NCBI GenBank assembly: GCA_040954595.2
Contig: CM082590.2
Span: forward strand, 2,294,001-2,358,000
DNA: 64,000 bases
From: Balanoglossus misakiensis
Lineage: Eukaryota; Animalia; Hemichordata
Reading direction: 5' to 3'
Both the position numbers and the translations under genes were made by a program. Below are positions 47,600 to 62,700 of this stretch, one piece after another. The notes beneath the pieces are model-generated. The model worked only from the letters and a program-made list of their open reading frames with translations. It ran no database searches and was not told the DNA's origin. Within the stretch, counting starts at the first letter, position 1. Each line of letters begins with the position of its first letter.

Positions 47600-49141
47600 C
47601 AGTATATAGAATTATTTTTTATGTGCTTTAATTATTTTTTTGTAGTCATGCAGAATTAATTTTATGTGTTCTAAATAATTATTTTAGCTTATCTTTGTTA
47701 GAAATAATTCTGCCAACATCTCGAATTATTTTTATGTGTAGACTCGAATTAATTTCACGTGTTGTGTCGAATTAATTTCACGTTGTCAAATAATATTGCC
47801 CTTACAATCCTTTGCGCGTAAATCAAGATGGCGGCGGCTGAGCATGTCTTTCTCGCCGCATAAAGTTAAAAAAGGGGCCGTTGTACAAGTTGTGAAACGT
47901 TTTGGGGCGATTTGCTGTCCAATATAAATGCAGTGTGCTCGAAAACGGCGATCGGTCCACGAGTTTTGGTCTACAGACAGAATTTTCTAGTCAAACCACT
48001 CAAAACCACTACCAGTTGGTGTAATCGCCAGCCTTGCTATGGTATAGCCCAGCTCTGCGTACAGTGTTCTTGGCGTGGAGGCCGTGTCATGGCGGGAACA
48101 CACAGACCTGTACACAGAGCTAGCTGTTGCCCCGCGTTGCCAATTCGCCTTGATTGAATAAATTTTGACATCTGAACATACAAAAATTGTGTTAATTTGT
48201 TATTTTCAGAACTAAGAAATAGCTGTAGGGCCCAGATCCCAGGAAACGGCGAATAAAATATTCCTTACAATTTCCTTGTAAACTCAAGTTTTGTTTAAAT
48301 AAATTTAAATTAAAAAGACAAAGTCTCTCTCTACATAACCATATTTAATGATAGCTTGCATTCTAGATTTACAACTGATAAGATAGGGTGTGGGGCATAG
48401 ATAGTAAAGGGGCAGACCCCGAAGTCTCCACCTCCTCTGTAGGCTGCATTCACAAACACCATTGGAGGGTGGGGGGGGGGGGGGGGTGGGCGAGAGAATT
48501 AAAAAATTTTACCGCTAATTTTCACATGCCCCCCCCCTCCCCCCGACACAACCCGAAATATTTACAAATCCCCCTTCCGAACTGCCAAAATTTTAAACAC
48601 CCTCCCCCTCCATTTTCTTTCACAGAGCAAAACACATCACCTATCTATCTTGTAAAAGATGATATTAATTCGACACTACACCTGTAATTAATTCAAGTCT
48701 ACACGTAAAAAGAATTCGATATGTTGGCAAAATTATTTCTAACAAAGATAAGCTAAAATAATTATTTAGAACACATAAAATTAATTCTGCATGACTACAA
48801 AAAATAATTAAAAACATTGAATTCCCCCCAAAACGTCTCACAACTTGTACAACGGCCCCTTTTTCGAACTTTATGCGGCGAGAAAGACATGCTCAGCCGC
48901 CGCCATCTTGATTTAAGCGCAAAGGATTGTGGGGGCAATATTAATTTGACACAATGTAAAATTAATTCGACACAACACGTGAAATTAATTCGACAAAACA
49001 CGTGATATTAATTCGACACTACACCTGAAATTAATTCGAGTCTACACGTAAAAATAATTCGAGATGTTGGCAAAATTATTTCCAACAAAGATAAGCTAAA
49101 ATAATTATTTAGAACACATAAAATTAATTCTGCATGACTAC
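47600..49141. repeat. Foldback-like structure: ~300-bp inverted arms around a ~900-bp spacer, with an extra partial arm
   Basis: 47642-47908 (gtagtcatgcagaattaatt...aaatcaagatggcggcggctgagcatgtc...aaacgttttgggg) is the reverse complement of ~48825-49141. Another partial arm lies at ~48660-48812. Confidence 0.8.
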
Positions 49142-50765
49142 ATGTCGGTCTCTGGCCCATGGACTATAACCAAACAATGATAGTCCCAAATAAAGCCAAG
49201 CCATCAACTCCAATTTTGGTTTATTGGTGATGTTTTCTGCGATCATGCTGGATGCAATGCGGATATAATAAAACTACTCTGTGAAAAATATGTTTGTTTA
49301 CAAATTTGTTCACCTTTGTGGGTATATTGAACAGAAAGGGTTACTCCCCTTAACCTCTCAACAAACAAACAATCTTGACAATATTTGTAAACATACATAT
49401 TTTTGTCACACATTTTTATATTAAACAAACACACACACACACTGCAAAGCAGGAGGAAGAGCTCCCTGTGGTCTTCCCACAAACGTTGGAATCACACTGC
49501 AGTGGTCGCCTGATTCAACCAGTAAAGGTCACATGAGGTCATCAATTGTTGTCGGTTTTCTGGTTGAATATTCTCTGAAAGCACGCCTTAACATTGATAT
49601 TTTGCAATTGGTGTCAATAGTCATGAACTTTAAATAATGGAGCATCACTCGGCCCCAGTTACTAAGTTGCGATAGGGCGAAATCAACAGCGGAAACTGAT
49701 TGTCGATCGTCCATGTCTCAAGCTTACCTTGTTTACGGACTGAATCAGGGGACTACAGTAACGTTATCGCGATGAATGTGATTCTACCCACACATTAAGT
49801 CGTGAAAACTATCAGTGATATCTTAAAACACACTAAATACTGTAATGTTTCAATACTCACTCCGCCAAATCTGTATATAGGAATAATGATGGTGGACAGT
49901 GTGGGGGGCCTGAACCCATGACTTGCAGAAAACAGCTGGTACTTGCTCGCTCCTTGGCTTTGCATGTTTTCCGCTATTCTTTCAGAGAAATATGACACCG
50001 TCCTGGATGTGTAACAAACACTGGCCAACTAACGTCCATAGAAAAGGCGACATTGCAGTTGACGACAGAAAAAACTGGCAGATTCTCTAGCCTGCGTGTC
50101 ACACATGTGTTTACAACAAAGACACTGAACTGGTCAAAGGAAACGGGTCGAAGGTCAGCAACAGCGCCCTCTTGGGGTATATTCTGCGGAACTTTTGAAA
50201 GTTCCCGATCTCGTATCCTAAGGACGCCAGCAGAATTTCCTGCGGCATTTTAATTCTCATTCAAATATGAAAGAAACAAAACTAACCCGGTGTGAATTAG
50301 TTGGTTTAAAGGGGAGTTGGGGCAGGGTCTTCTTTCGGTAGTTTTGACCCCCAATAAGGCCTATTTACGGAGAGGATCTCTTATTCTTCAAATTTATTAA
50401 TGGAAGTCGCGTATATGGGTAAGGGACCATTCAGTTTTTACGGCCGGGTGGGGCGGCAAAATCCAGGGGGGGGGGGGGTCACTTAAATTTTGAAGTCCGA
50501 AAGTGGGGGTAATCTTTTTTTTAAAAACGTTTAGGGGGTCACATACTTTTGCCGCAAAACTTTTGCTTTGAGTCCACAAAATTGCAGTTTCGCGCCCTTA
50601 ATTTTACAAGATTTTCTAATATGGGAGGGGGACACCCCATCCCACACCCACCCCTCCATTCTTCGCTACATTTCATTTATTGCCTGGTTTGTCTAGTGTA
50701 CAAGGGCAGACTACTTGCCACACCACCACACCGATGCTTACTTTGAGTGGAGTGGCAAAAGTAAA

Positions 50766-53700
50766 ATGCGCAGAACACATAGATAGGCCTATGCGCATAA
50801 GAACGTTTTCCACTAGACTCTGTGGATCGACGGATAGTTCCAAAATGCCCATGGTTGCTTCCAAACAGCCTCGTTTATTTACCGAATTCTGTTGTGAGGC
50901 ACATAACACATAGATAGGCCTATGTGCATAAGAAAGTTTTCCACTAGACTCTGTAGATCGAGAGATAGTTCTAAAATATCCATGGTTGCCTCAAAACACA
51001 GCCTCGTTTGTTTACAAAAATCTGTTGTGATGCGCAGAACACATAGATAGGCCTATGCGCATAAGAACGTTTTCCACTAGACCTTTTAGATCGACGGATA
51101 GTTCTAAAATTTCCATGGTTGTTTCCAAACAGCCTCGTTTATTTACCGATTTCTGTTGTGAGGCGCTGAACACATAGATAGGCCTATGCGCATAAGAAAG
51201 TTTTCCACTAGACGCTGAAGATCGACGGATAGTTCTAAAATTTCCATGGTTGCTTCCAAACAGCCTCGTTTATTTACCGATTTCTGTTGTGAGGCGCAGA
51301 ACACATGATAGGCCCATGCTCATAAGAAATTTTTCCACTAGACTGTGTAGATCGAGAGATAGTTCAAAAATTTCCGTGGTTGCTTCCAAACAGCCTCGTT
51401 TGTTTACAAAATTATTTTGTGATGCGCAGAACACATAGATAGGCCTATGCGCAAAAGAACGTTTTCCACTAGACTCTGTAGATCGATGGATAGTTCTAAA
51501 ATTTACATGGGTGCTTCTAAACAGCCTCGTTTATTTACCGATTTCTGTTGTGAGGCGCTGAACACATGATAGGCCTATACGCATAAGAAAGTTTTCCACT
51601 ATACTCTGTAGATCGACGGATAGTTGTAAAATTTCAATGGTTGCTTCCAAACAGCCTCGTTTATTTACCGAATTCTGTTGTGATGCGCAGAACACATGAT
51701 AGGACTATGCGCATAAGAAATTTTTCCACTAGACTCTGTAGATCGACGGGTAGTTCTAAAATTTCCATAGTTGCTTCCAAACAGCCTCGTTTATTTACCG
51801 AATTCTGTTGTTAGGCGCAGAACACGTGATAGGCCTATGCGCATAAGAAAGTTTTCCACTAGACTCTGTAGATCAACGGATAGTTCTAAAATTGCCATGG
51901 TTGCTTCCAAACAGCCTCGTTAATTTACCGATTTCTGTTGTGAGGCGCAGAACACATGATAGGCCTATGCGCATAAGAAATTTTTCCACTAGACTCTGTA
52001 GATCGACGGATAGTTCTAAAATGTCCATGGTTGCTTCCAAACAGCCTCGTTTATTTAATGAATTCTGTTGTGATGCGCAGAACACATGATAGGCCTATGC
52101 GCATAAGAATTTTTCCACTAGACTCTGTAGATCGACGGATAGTTCTAAAATATCCATACTTGCTGCCAAACAGCCTCGTTTATTTACCGAATTATGTTGT
52201 GAGGCGCAGAACACGTGATAGGCCTATGCGCATCAGTAAGTTTTCCACTAGACTCTGTAGATCGAGAGATAGTTCTAAAATTTCCAATGTTGCCTCAAAA
52301 CACAGCCTCGTTTGTTTACAAAATTCTGTTGTGATGCGCAGAACACATAGATAGGCCTATGCACATAAGAACGTTTTCCACTAGACTCTGTAGATCGACG
52401 GATAGTTCTAAAATTTCCATGGTTGCTTCCAAACACAGTCTCGTTTGTTTACAAAAGTCTGCAGTGATGCGCAGAACACATGATAGGCCTATGCGCATAA
52501 GAAACTTTTTCACTGTAGATCGACGGATAGTTCTAAAATTTCCATAGACTCTGTAGATCGAGAGATAGTTCTAAAATTTCCATGTTTGCTTCCAAACACA
52601 GCCTCGTTTGTTTACAAAATTCTTTTGTGATGCGCAGAACACATAGCTAGGCCTATGCGCATAAGAAAGTTTTCCACTAGACTCTGTAGATCGACGGATA
52701 GTTCTAAAATTTCCATGGTTGCTTCCAAACAGCCTCCTTTATTTACCGAATTCTGTTGTGAGGCGCAGAGCACGTAATAGGCCTATGCGCATACGAAAGT
52801 TTTCCACCAGACTCCGTAGATCGACGGATAGTTGTAAAATTCCATGGTTGTTTCCAAACACAGCCTCGTTTATTTACCGATTTCTGTTGTGAGGCGCTGA
52901 ACACATGATAGGCCTATACGCATAAGAAAGTTTTCCACTATACTCTGTAGATCGACGGATAGTTCTAAAATTTCCATGGTTGCTTCCAAACAGCCTCGTT
53001 TATTTACCGATTTCTGTTGTGAGGCGCAGAACACATGATAGGCCCATGCTCATAAGAAATTTTTTCCACTAGACTGTGTAGATCGAGAGATAGTTCAAAA
53101 ATTTCCGTGGTTGCTTCCAAACAGCCTCGTTTGTTTACAAAATTATTTTGTGATGCGCAGAACACATAGATAGGCCTATGCGCAAAAGAACGTTTTCCAC
53201 TAGACTCTGTAGATCGACGGATAGTTGTAAAATTTCAATGGTTGCTTCCAAACAGCCTCGTTTATTTACCGAATTCTGTTGTGATGCGCAGAACACATGA
53301 TAGGACTATGCGCATAAGAAATTTTTCCACTAGACTCTGTAGATCGACGGGTAGTTCTAAAATTTCCATAGTTGCTTCCAAACAGCCTCGTTTATTTACC
53401 GAATTCTGTTGTTAGGCGCAGAACACGTGATAGGCCTATGCGTATAAGAAAGTTTTCCACTAGACTCTGTAGATCGACGGATAGTTCTAAAATTGCCATG
53501 GTTGCTTCCAAACAGCCTCGTTAATTTACCGATTTCTGTTGTGAGGCGCAGAACACATGATAGGCCTATGCGCATAAGAAATTTTTCCACTAGACTCTGT
53601 AGATCGACGGATAGTTCTAAAATGTCCATGGTTGCTTCCAAACAGCCTCGTTTATTTAATGAATTCTGTTGTGATGCGCAGAACACATGATAGGCCTATG

Positions 53701-56700
53701 CGCATAAGAATTTTTCCACTAGACTCTGTAGATCGACGGATAGTTCTAAAATATCCATACTTGCTGCCAAACAGCCTCGTTTATTTACCGAATTATGTTG
53801 TGAGGCGCAGAACACGTGATAGGCCTATGCGCATCAGAAAGTTTTCCACTAGACTCTGTAGATCGAGAGATAGTTCTAAAATTTCCAATGTTGCCTCAAA
53901 ACACAGCCTCGTTTGTTTACAAAATTCTGTTGTGATGCGCAGAACACATAGATAGGCCTATGCACATAAGAACGTTTTCCACTAGACTCTGTAGATCGAC
54001 GGATAGTTCTAAAATTTCCATGGTTGCTTCCAAACACAGTCTCGTTTGTTTACAAAAGTCTGCAGTGATGCGCAGAACACATGATAGGCCTATGCGCATA
54101 AGAAACTTTTTCACTGTAGATCGACGGATAGTTCTAAAATTTCCATAGACTCTGTAGATCGAGAGATAGTTCTAAAATTTCCATGGTTGCTTCCAAACAC
54201 AGCCTCGTTTGTTTACAAAATTCTTTTGTGATGCGCAGAACACATAGCTAGGCCTATGCGCATAAGAAAGTTTTCCACTAGACTCTGTAGATCGACGGAT
54301 AGTTCTAAAATTTCCATGGTTGCTTCCAAACAGCCTCGTTTATTTACCGAATTCTGTTGTGAGGCGCAGAGCACGTAATAGGCCTATGCGCATACGAAAG
54401 TTTTCCACCAGACTCCGTAGATCGACGGATAGTTGTAAAATTCCATGGTTGTTTCCAAACACAGCCTCGTTTATTTACCGATTTCTGTTGTGAGGCGCTG
54501 AACACATGATAGGCCTATACGCATAAGAAAGTTTTCCACTATACTCTGTAGATCGACGGATAGTTCTAAAATTTCAATGGTTGCTTCCAAACAGCCTCGT
54601 TTATTTACCGAATTCTGTTGTGATGCGCAGAACACATGATAGGACTATGCGCATAAGAAATTTTTCCACTAGACTCTGTAGATCGACGGGTAGTTCTAAA
54701 ATTTCCATAGTTGCTTCCAAACAGCCTCGTTTATTTACCGAATTCTGTTGTTAGGCGCAGAACACGTGAAAGGCCTGTGCGCATAAGAAAGTTTTCCACT
54801 AGACTCTGTAGATCGACGGATAGTTCTAAAATTGCCATGGTTGCTTCCAAACAGCCTCGTTAATTTACCGATTTCTGTTGTGAGGCGCAGAACACATGAT
54901 AGGCCTATGCGCATAAGAAATTTTTCCACTAGACTCTGTAGATCGACGGATAGTTCTAAAATGTCCATGGTTGCTTCCAAACAGCCTCGTTTATTTAATG
55001 AATTCTGTTGTGATGCGCAGAACACATGATAGGCCTATGCGCATAAGAATTTTTCCACTAGACTCTGTAGATCGACGGATAGTTCTAAAATATCCATACT
55101 TGCTTCCAAACAGCCTCGTTTATTTACCGAATTATGTTGTGAGGCGCAGAACACGTGATAGGCCTATGCGCATTAGAAAGTTTTCCACTAGACTCTGTAG
55201 ATCGAGAGATAGTTCTAAAATTTCCAAGGTTGCTTCCAAACACAGTCTCGTTTGTTTACAAAAGTCTGCAGTGATGCGCAGAACACATGATAGGCCTATG
55301 CGCATAAGAAACTTTTTCACTGTAGATCGACGGATAGTTCTAAAATTTCCATAGACTCTGTAGATCGAGAGATAGTTCTAAAATTTCCATGGTTGCTTCC
55401 AAACACAGCCTCGTTTGTTTACAAAATTCTTTTGTGATGCGCAGAACACATAGCTAGGCCTATGCGCATAAGAAAGTTTTCCACTAGACTCTGTAGATCG
55501 ACGGATAGTTCTAAAATGTCCATGGTTGATTTCAAACAGCCTTGTTTATTTACCGAATTCTGCTGTGATGCGCAGAACACATAGATAGGCCTATGTGCAT
55601 AAGAAAGTTTTCCACTAGACTCTGTAGATCGACGGATAGTTCTAAAATTTCCATGGTTGCATCCAAACAGCCTCGTTTATTTACCGATTTCTGTTGTGAG
55701 GCGCAGAACACGTGATAGGCCTATGCGCATAAGAAAGTTTTTTACTAGACTCTGCAGATCGACGGATAGTTCTAAAATTTCCATGGTTGCTTCCAAACAC
55801 AGCCTCGTTTATTTCCAAATTCTGTTGTAATGCGCAGAACACATAGATAGGCCTATGCGCATAAGAACGTTTTCCACTAGACTCTATAGATCGACGGATA
55901 GTTCTAAAATTTCCATGGTTGCTTCCAAACACAGCCTCGTTTGTTTACAAAATTCTGCAGTGATGCGCAGAACACATGATAGGCCTATGCGCATAAGAAA
56001 CTTTTTCACTGTAGATCGACGGATAGTTCTAAAATTTCCATAGACTCTGTAGATCGAGAGATAGTTCTAAAATTTCCATGGTTGCTTCCAAACACAGCCT
56101 CGTTTGTTTACAAAATTCTTTTGTGATGCGCAGAACACATAGCTAGGCCTATGCGCATAAGAAAGTTTTCCACTAGACTCTGTAGATCGACGGATAGTTC
56201 TAAAATGTCCATGGTTGATTTCAAACAGCCTTGTTTATTTACCGAATTCTGCTGTGATGCGCAGAACACATAGATAGGCCTATGTGCATAAGAAAGTTTT
56301 CCACTAGACTCTGTAGATCGACGGATAGTTCTAAAATTTCCATGGTTGCATCCAAACAGCCTCGTTTATTTACCGATTTCTGTTGTGAGGCGCAGGACAC
56401 GTGATAGGCCTATGCGCATAAGAAAGTTTTTTACTAGACTCTGCAGATCGACGGATAGTTCTAAAATTTCCATGGTTGCTTCCAAACACAGCCTCGTTTA
56501 TTTCCAAATTCTGTTGTAATGCGCAGAACACATAGATAGGCCTATGCGCATAAGAACGTTTTCCACTAGACTCTATAGATCGACGGATAGTTCTAAAATT
56601 TCCATGGTTGCTTCCAAACACAGCCTCGTTTGTTTACAAAATTCTGCAGTGATGCGCAGAACACATGATAGGCCTATGCGCATAAGAAACTTTTTCACTG

Positions 56701-59700
56701 TAGATCGACGGATAGTTCTAAAATTTCCATGGTTGATTCCAAACACATTCTCGTTTGTTTACAAAATTCTGTTGTAATGCGCAGAACACATAGCTAGGCC
56801 TATGCGCATAAGAAAGTTTTCCACTAGACTCTGTAGATCGAGAGATAGTTCTAAAATATACATGGTTGCCTCAAAACACAGCCTCGTTTGTTTACAAAAT
56901 TCTGTTGTGATGCGCAGAACACATAGATAGGCCTATGCGCATAAGAACGTTTTCCACTAGACCTTTTAGATCGACGGATAGTTCTAAAATTTCCATGGTT
57001 GTTTCCAAACAGCCTCGTTTATTTACCGATTTCTGTTGTGAGGCGCTGAACACATAGATAGGCCTATGCGCATAAGAAAGTTTTCCACTAGACGCTGAAG
57101 GTCGACGGATAGTTCTAAAATTTCCATGGTTGCTTCCAAACAGCCTCGTTTATTTACCGATTTCTGTTGTGAGGCGCAGAACACATGATAGGCCCATGCG
57201 CATAAGAAATTTTTCCACTAGACTCTGTAGATCGACGGATAGTTCTAAAATGTCCATGGTTGCTTCCAAACAAAGCCTCGTTTGTTTACAAAATTCTGTT
57301 GTGATGCGCAGAACACATATATAGGCCTATGCGCATATGAACGTTTCCCACTATACTCTGTAGATCGAGAGATAGTTCTAAAATTTCCATGTTTGCTTAC
57401 AAACAGCCTCGTTTATTTACGGAATTCTGTTTTGAGGCGCAGAACACATAGATAGGCATATGTGCATAAGAAAGTTTTCCACTATAGACTCTGTAGATCG
57501 AGAGATAGTTCTAAAATTTCCATGGTTGCTTCCAAACACAGCCTCGTTTGTTTACAAAATTCTGTTGTGATGCGCAGAACACATATATAGGCCTATGCGC
57601 ATAAGAACGTTTTCCACTAGACTCTGTAGAACGACGGATAGCTGTAAAATGTCCATGGTTGCTTCCAAACTGCCTCGTTTATTTACCGATTTCTGTTGTG
57701 AGGCGCAGAACACATGATAGGCCTATGCGCATAAGACATTTTTCCACTAGACTCTGTAGATCGACGGATAGTTCTAAAATTTCCATGGTTGCTTCCAAAC
57801 AGCCTCGTTTATTTACCGAATTCTGTTGTGAGGCGCAGAACACGTAATAGACCTATGCGCATTAGAAAGTTTTCCACAAGACTCTGTAGATCGACGGATA
57901 GATGTAAAATGTCCACGGTTGCTTCCAAATACAGCCTCGTTTATTTACCGATTTCTGTTGTGATGCGCATAACACATATATAGGCCTATGCGCAAAAGAA
58001 CGTTTTCCACTAGACTCTGTAGATCGACGGATAGCTGTAAAATTTCCATGTTTGCTTCCAAACAGCCTCGTTTATTTACGGAATTCTGTTGTGAGGCGCA
58101 GAACACGTAATAGGCCTATGCGCATTAGAAAGTTTTCCACAGGACTCTGTAGATCGACGGATAGTTGTAAAATGTCCATGGTTGCTTCCAAATACAGCCT
58201 CGTTTATTTACCGATTTCTGTTGTGATGCGCATAACATATATATAGGCCTATGCGCAAAAGAACGTTTTCCACTAGACTCTGTAGATCGACGGATAGCTG
58301 TAAAATTTCCATGTTTGCTTGCAAACAGCCTTGTTTATTTACGGAATTCTGTTTTGAGGCGCAGAACACATGATAGGCCTATGCGCATACGACATTTTTC
58401 CACTAGACTCTGTAGATCGACGGATAGTTGTAAAATTTCCATGGTTGCTTCCAAACAACCTCGTTTGTTTACCGAATTCTGTTGTGATGCGCAGAACACA
58501 TATATAGGCCTATGCGCATAAGAACGTTTTCCACTAGACTCTGTAGATCGACGGATAGTTGTAAAATGTTCATGGTTGCTTCCAAATACAGCCTCGTTTA
58601 TTTACCGATTTCTGTTGTGATGCGCATAACACATAGATAGGCCTATGCGCATTATAACGTTTTCCACTAGACTCTGTAGATCGACGGATAGTTGTAAAAT
58701 TTCCATGGTTGCTTCCAAACAGCCTCGTTTATTTACCGAATTCTGTTGTTAGGCGCAGAACACGTTATAGGCCTATGCGCATAAGAAAGTTTTCCACCAG
58801 ACTCTGTAGATCGAAGGATTTTTGTAAAATTTCCATGGTTGCTTCCAAACAGCCTCGTTTATTTACCGAATTCTGTTGTTAGGCGCAGAACACGTTATAG
58901 GCCAATGCGCATAAGAAAGTTTTCCACCAGACTCTGTAGATGGACTGATAGTTGTAAAATTTCCATGGTTGCTTCCAAACAGCCTCGTTTATTTACTGAT
59001 TTCTGTTGTGAGGCGCAGAACACATGATAGGCCAATGCGCATAAGACATTTTTCCACTAGACTCTGTAGATCGACGGATAGTTGTAAAATTTCCATGGTT
59101 GCTTCCAAACAACCTCGTTTGTTTACGAATTCTGTTGTGATGCGCAGAACACATATATAGGGCTATGCGCATAAGAAAGTTTTCCACCAGACTCCGTAGA
59201 TCGACGGATAGTTGTAAAATTTCCATGGTTGCTTCCAAACAGCCTCGTTTATTTACCGAATTCTGTTGTGAGGCGCAGAACACATAGATAGGCATATGTG
59301 CATAAGAAAGTTTTCCACTATAGACTCTGTAGATCGAGAGATAGTTCTAAAATGTCCATGGTTGCTACCAAACACAGCCTCGTTTGTTTACAAAATTCTG
59401 TTGTGATGCGCAGAACACATAGATAGGCCTATGCGCATATGAACGTTTTCCAACATACACTGTAGATCGAGAGATAGTTCTAAAACTTCCATGTTTGCTT
59501 CCAAACAGCCTCGTTTATTTGCGGAATTCTGTTTTGAGGCGCAGAACACATAGATAGGCATATGTGAATAAGAAAGTTTTCCACTATAGACTCTGTAGAT
59601 CGAGAGATAGTTGTAAAATTTCCATGGTTGCTTCCAAACAGCCTCGCTTATTTACCGATTTCTGTTGTGAGGCGCAGAACACATAGATAGGCCTATGCGC

Positions 59701-62700
59701 ATGAAAAACTTTTCAACTTTAGATCAACGGATAGTTCTAAAATTTCCATGGTTGTTTCCAAACAGCCTCGTTTATTTACCGAATTCTGTTGTGATGCGTA
59801 GAACACATACATATGCCTATGCGCATAAGAAAGTTTTCCACTAGACTCCGTAGATCGACGAATAGTTCTAAAATGTCCATGGTTGCTTCCAAACAAAGCC
59901 TGGTTTGTTTACAAAATTCTGTTGTGAAGCGCAGAACACATAGACAGGCCTATGCGCATATGAACGTTTTCCACTATACTCTGTAGATCGAGAGATAGTT
60001 CTAAAATTTCCATGTTTGCTTCCAAACAGCCTCGTTTATTTACGGAATTCTGTTTTGAGGCGCAGAACACATAGATAGGCATATGTGCATAAGAAAGTTT
60101 TCCACTATAGACTCTGTAGATCGAGAGATAGTTCTAAAATGTCCATGGTTGCTTCCAAACACAGCCTCGTTTGTTTACAAAATTCTGTTGTGATGCGCAG
60201 AACACATATATAGGCCTATGCGCATAATAACGTTTTCCACTAGACTCTGTAGATCGACGGATAGTTGTAAAATTTCCATGGTTGCTTCCAAACAGCCTCG
60301 TTTATTTACCGAATTCTGTTGTAAGGCACAGAACACATAGATAGGCCTATGTGCATAAGAAAGTTTTCCACTATAGACTCTGTAGATCGAGAGATAGTTC
60401 TAAAATTTCCAAGGTTGCTTCCAAACACAGTCTCGTTTGTTTACAAAAGTCTGCAGTGATGCGCAGAACACATGATAGGCCTATGCGCATAAGAAACTTT
60501 TTCACTGTAGATCGACGGATAGTTCTAAAATTTCCATAGACTCTGTAGATCGAGAGATAGTTCTAAAATTTCCATGGTTGCTTCCAAACACAGCCTCGTT
60601 TGTTTACAAAATTCTTTTGTGATGCGCAGAACACATAGCTAGGCCTATGCGCATAAGAAAGTTTTCCACTAGACTCTGTAGATCGACGGATAGTTCTAAA
60701 ATGTCCATGGTTGATTTCAAACAGCCTTGTTTATTTACCGAATTCTGCTGTGATGCGCAGAACACATAGATAGGCCTATGTGCATAAGAAAGTTTTCCAC
60801 TAGACTCTGTAGATCGACGGATAGTTCTAAAATTTCCATGGTTGCATCCAAACAGCCTCGTTTATTTACCGATTTCTGTTGTGAGGCGCAGAACACGTGA
60901 TAGGCCTATGCGCATAAGAAAGTTTTTTACTAGACTCTGCAGATCGACGGATAGTTCTAAAATTTCCATGGTTGCTTCCAAACACAGCCTCGTTTATTTC
61001 CAAATTCTGTTGTAATGCGCAGAACACATAGATAGGCCTATGCGCATAAGAACGTTTTCCACTAGACTCTATAGATCGACGGATAGTTCTAAAATTTCCA
61101 TGGTTGCTTCCAAACACAGCCTCGTTTGTTTACAAAATTCTGCAGTGATGCGCAGAACACATGATAGGCCTATGCGCATAAGAAACTTTTTCACTGTAGA
61201 TCGACGGATAGTTCTAAAATTTCCATGGTTGATTCCAAACACATTCTCGTTTGTTTACAAAATTCTGTTGTAATGCGCAGAACACATAGCTAGGCCTATG
61301 CGCATAAGAAAGTTTTCCACTAGACTCTGTAGATCGAGAGATAGTTCTAAAATATACATGGTTGCCTCAAAACACAGCCTCGTTTGTTTACAAAATTCTG
61401 TTGTGATGCGCAGAACACATAGATAGGCCTATGCGTATAAGAACGTTTTCCACTAGACCTTTTAGATCGACGGATAGTTCTAAAATTTCCATGGTTGTTT
61501 CCAAACAGCCTCGTTTATTTACCGATTTCTGTTGTGAGGCGCTGAACACATAGATAGGCCTATGCGCATAAGAAAGTTTTCCACTAGACGCTGAAGGTCG
61601 ACGGATAGTTCTAAAATTTCCATGGTTGCTTCCAAACAGCCTCGTTTATTTACCGATTTCTGTTGTGAGGCGCAGAACACATGATAGGCCCATGCGCATA
61701 AGAAATTTTTCCACTAGACTCTGTAGATCGACGGATAGTTCTAAAATGTCCATGGTTGCTTCCAAACAAAGCCTCGTTTGTTTACAAAATTCTGTTGTGA
61801 TGCGCAGAACACATATATAGGCCTATGCGCATATGAACGTTTCCCACTATACTCTGTAGATCGAGAGATAGTTCTAAAATTTCCATGTTTGCTTACAAAC
61901 AGCCTCGTTTATTTACGGAATTCTGTTTTGAGGCGCAGAACACATAGATAGGCATATGTGCATAAGAAAGTTTTCCACTATAGACTCTGTAGATCGAGAG
62001 ATAGTTCTAAAATTTCCATGGTTGCTTCCAAACACAGCCTCGTTTGTTTACAAAATTCTGTTGTGATGCGCAGAACACATATATAGGCCTATGCGCATAA
62101 GAACGTTTTCCACTAGACTCTGTAGAACGACGGATAGCTGTAAAATGTCCATGGTTGCTTCCAAACTGCCTCGTTTATTTACCGATTTCTGTTGTGAGGC
62201 GCAGAACACATGATAGGCCTATGCGCATAAGACATTTTTCCACTAGACTCTGTAGATCGACGGATAGTTCTAAAATTTCCATGGTTGCTTCCAAACAGCC
62301 TCGTTTATTTACCGAATTCTGTTGTGAGGCGCAGAACACGTAATAGACCTATGCGCATTAGAAAGTTTTCCACAAGACTCTGTAGATCGACGGATAGATG
62401 TAAAATGTCCACGGTTGCTTCCAAATACAGCCTCGTTTATTTACCGATTTCTGTTGTGATGCGCATAACACATATATAGGCCTATGCGCAAAAGAACGTT
62501 TTCCACTAGACTCTGTAGATCGACGGATAGCTGTAAAATTTCCATGTTTGCTTCCAAACAGCCTCGTTTATTTACGGAATTCTGTTGTGAGGCGCAGAAC
62601 ACGTAATAGGCCTATGCGCATTAGAAAGTTTTCCACAGGACTCTGTAGATCGACGGATAGTTGTAAAATGTCCATGGTTGCTTCCAAATACAGCCTCGTT

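Noticed and set aside
49723-50030. Donor-like sites (gtaagc ~49727, gtgagt ~49860, minus strand) as first exons or promoter of the EGF/Q-rich gene
   Set aside because: No clear signal peptide or consistent reading frame links them to the downstream exons.
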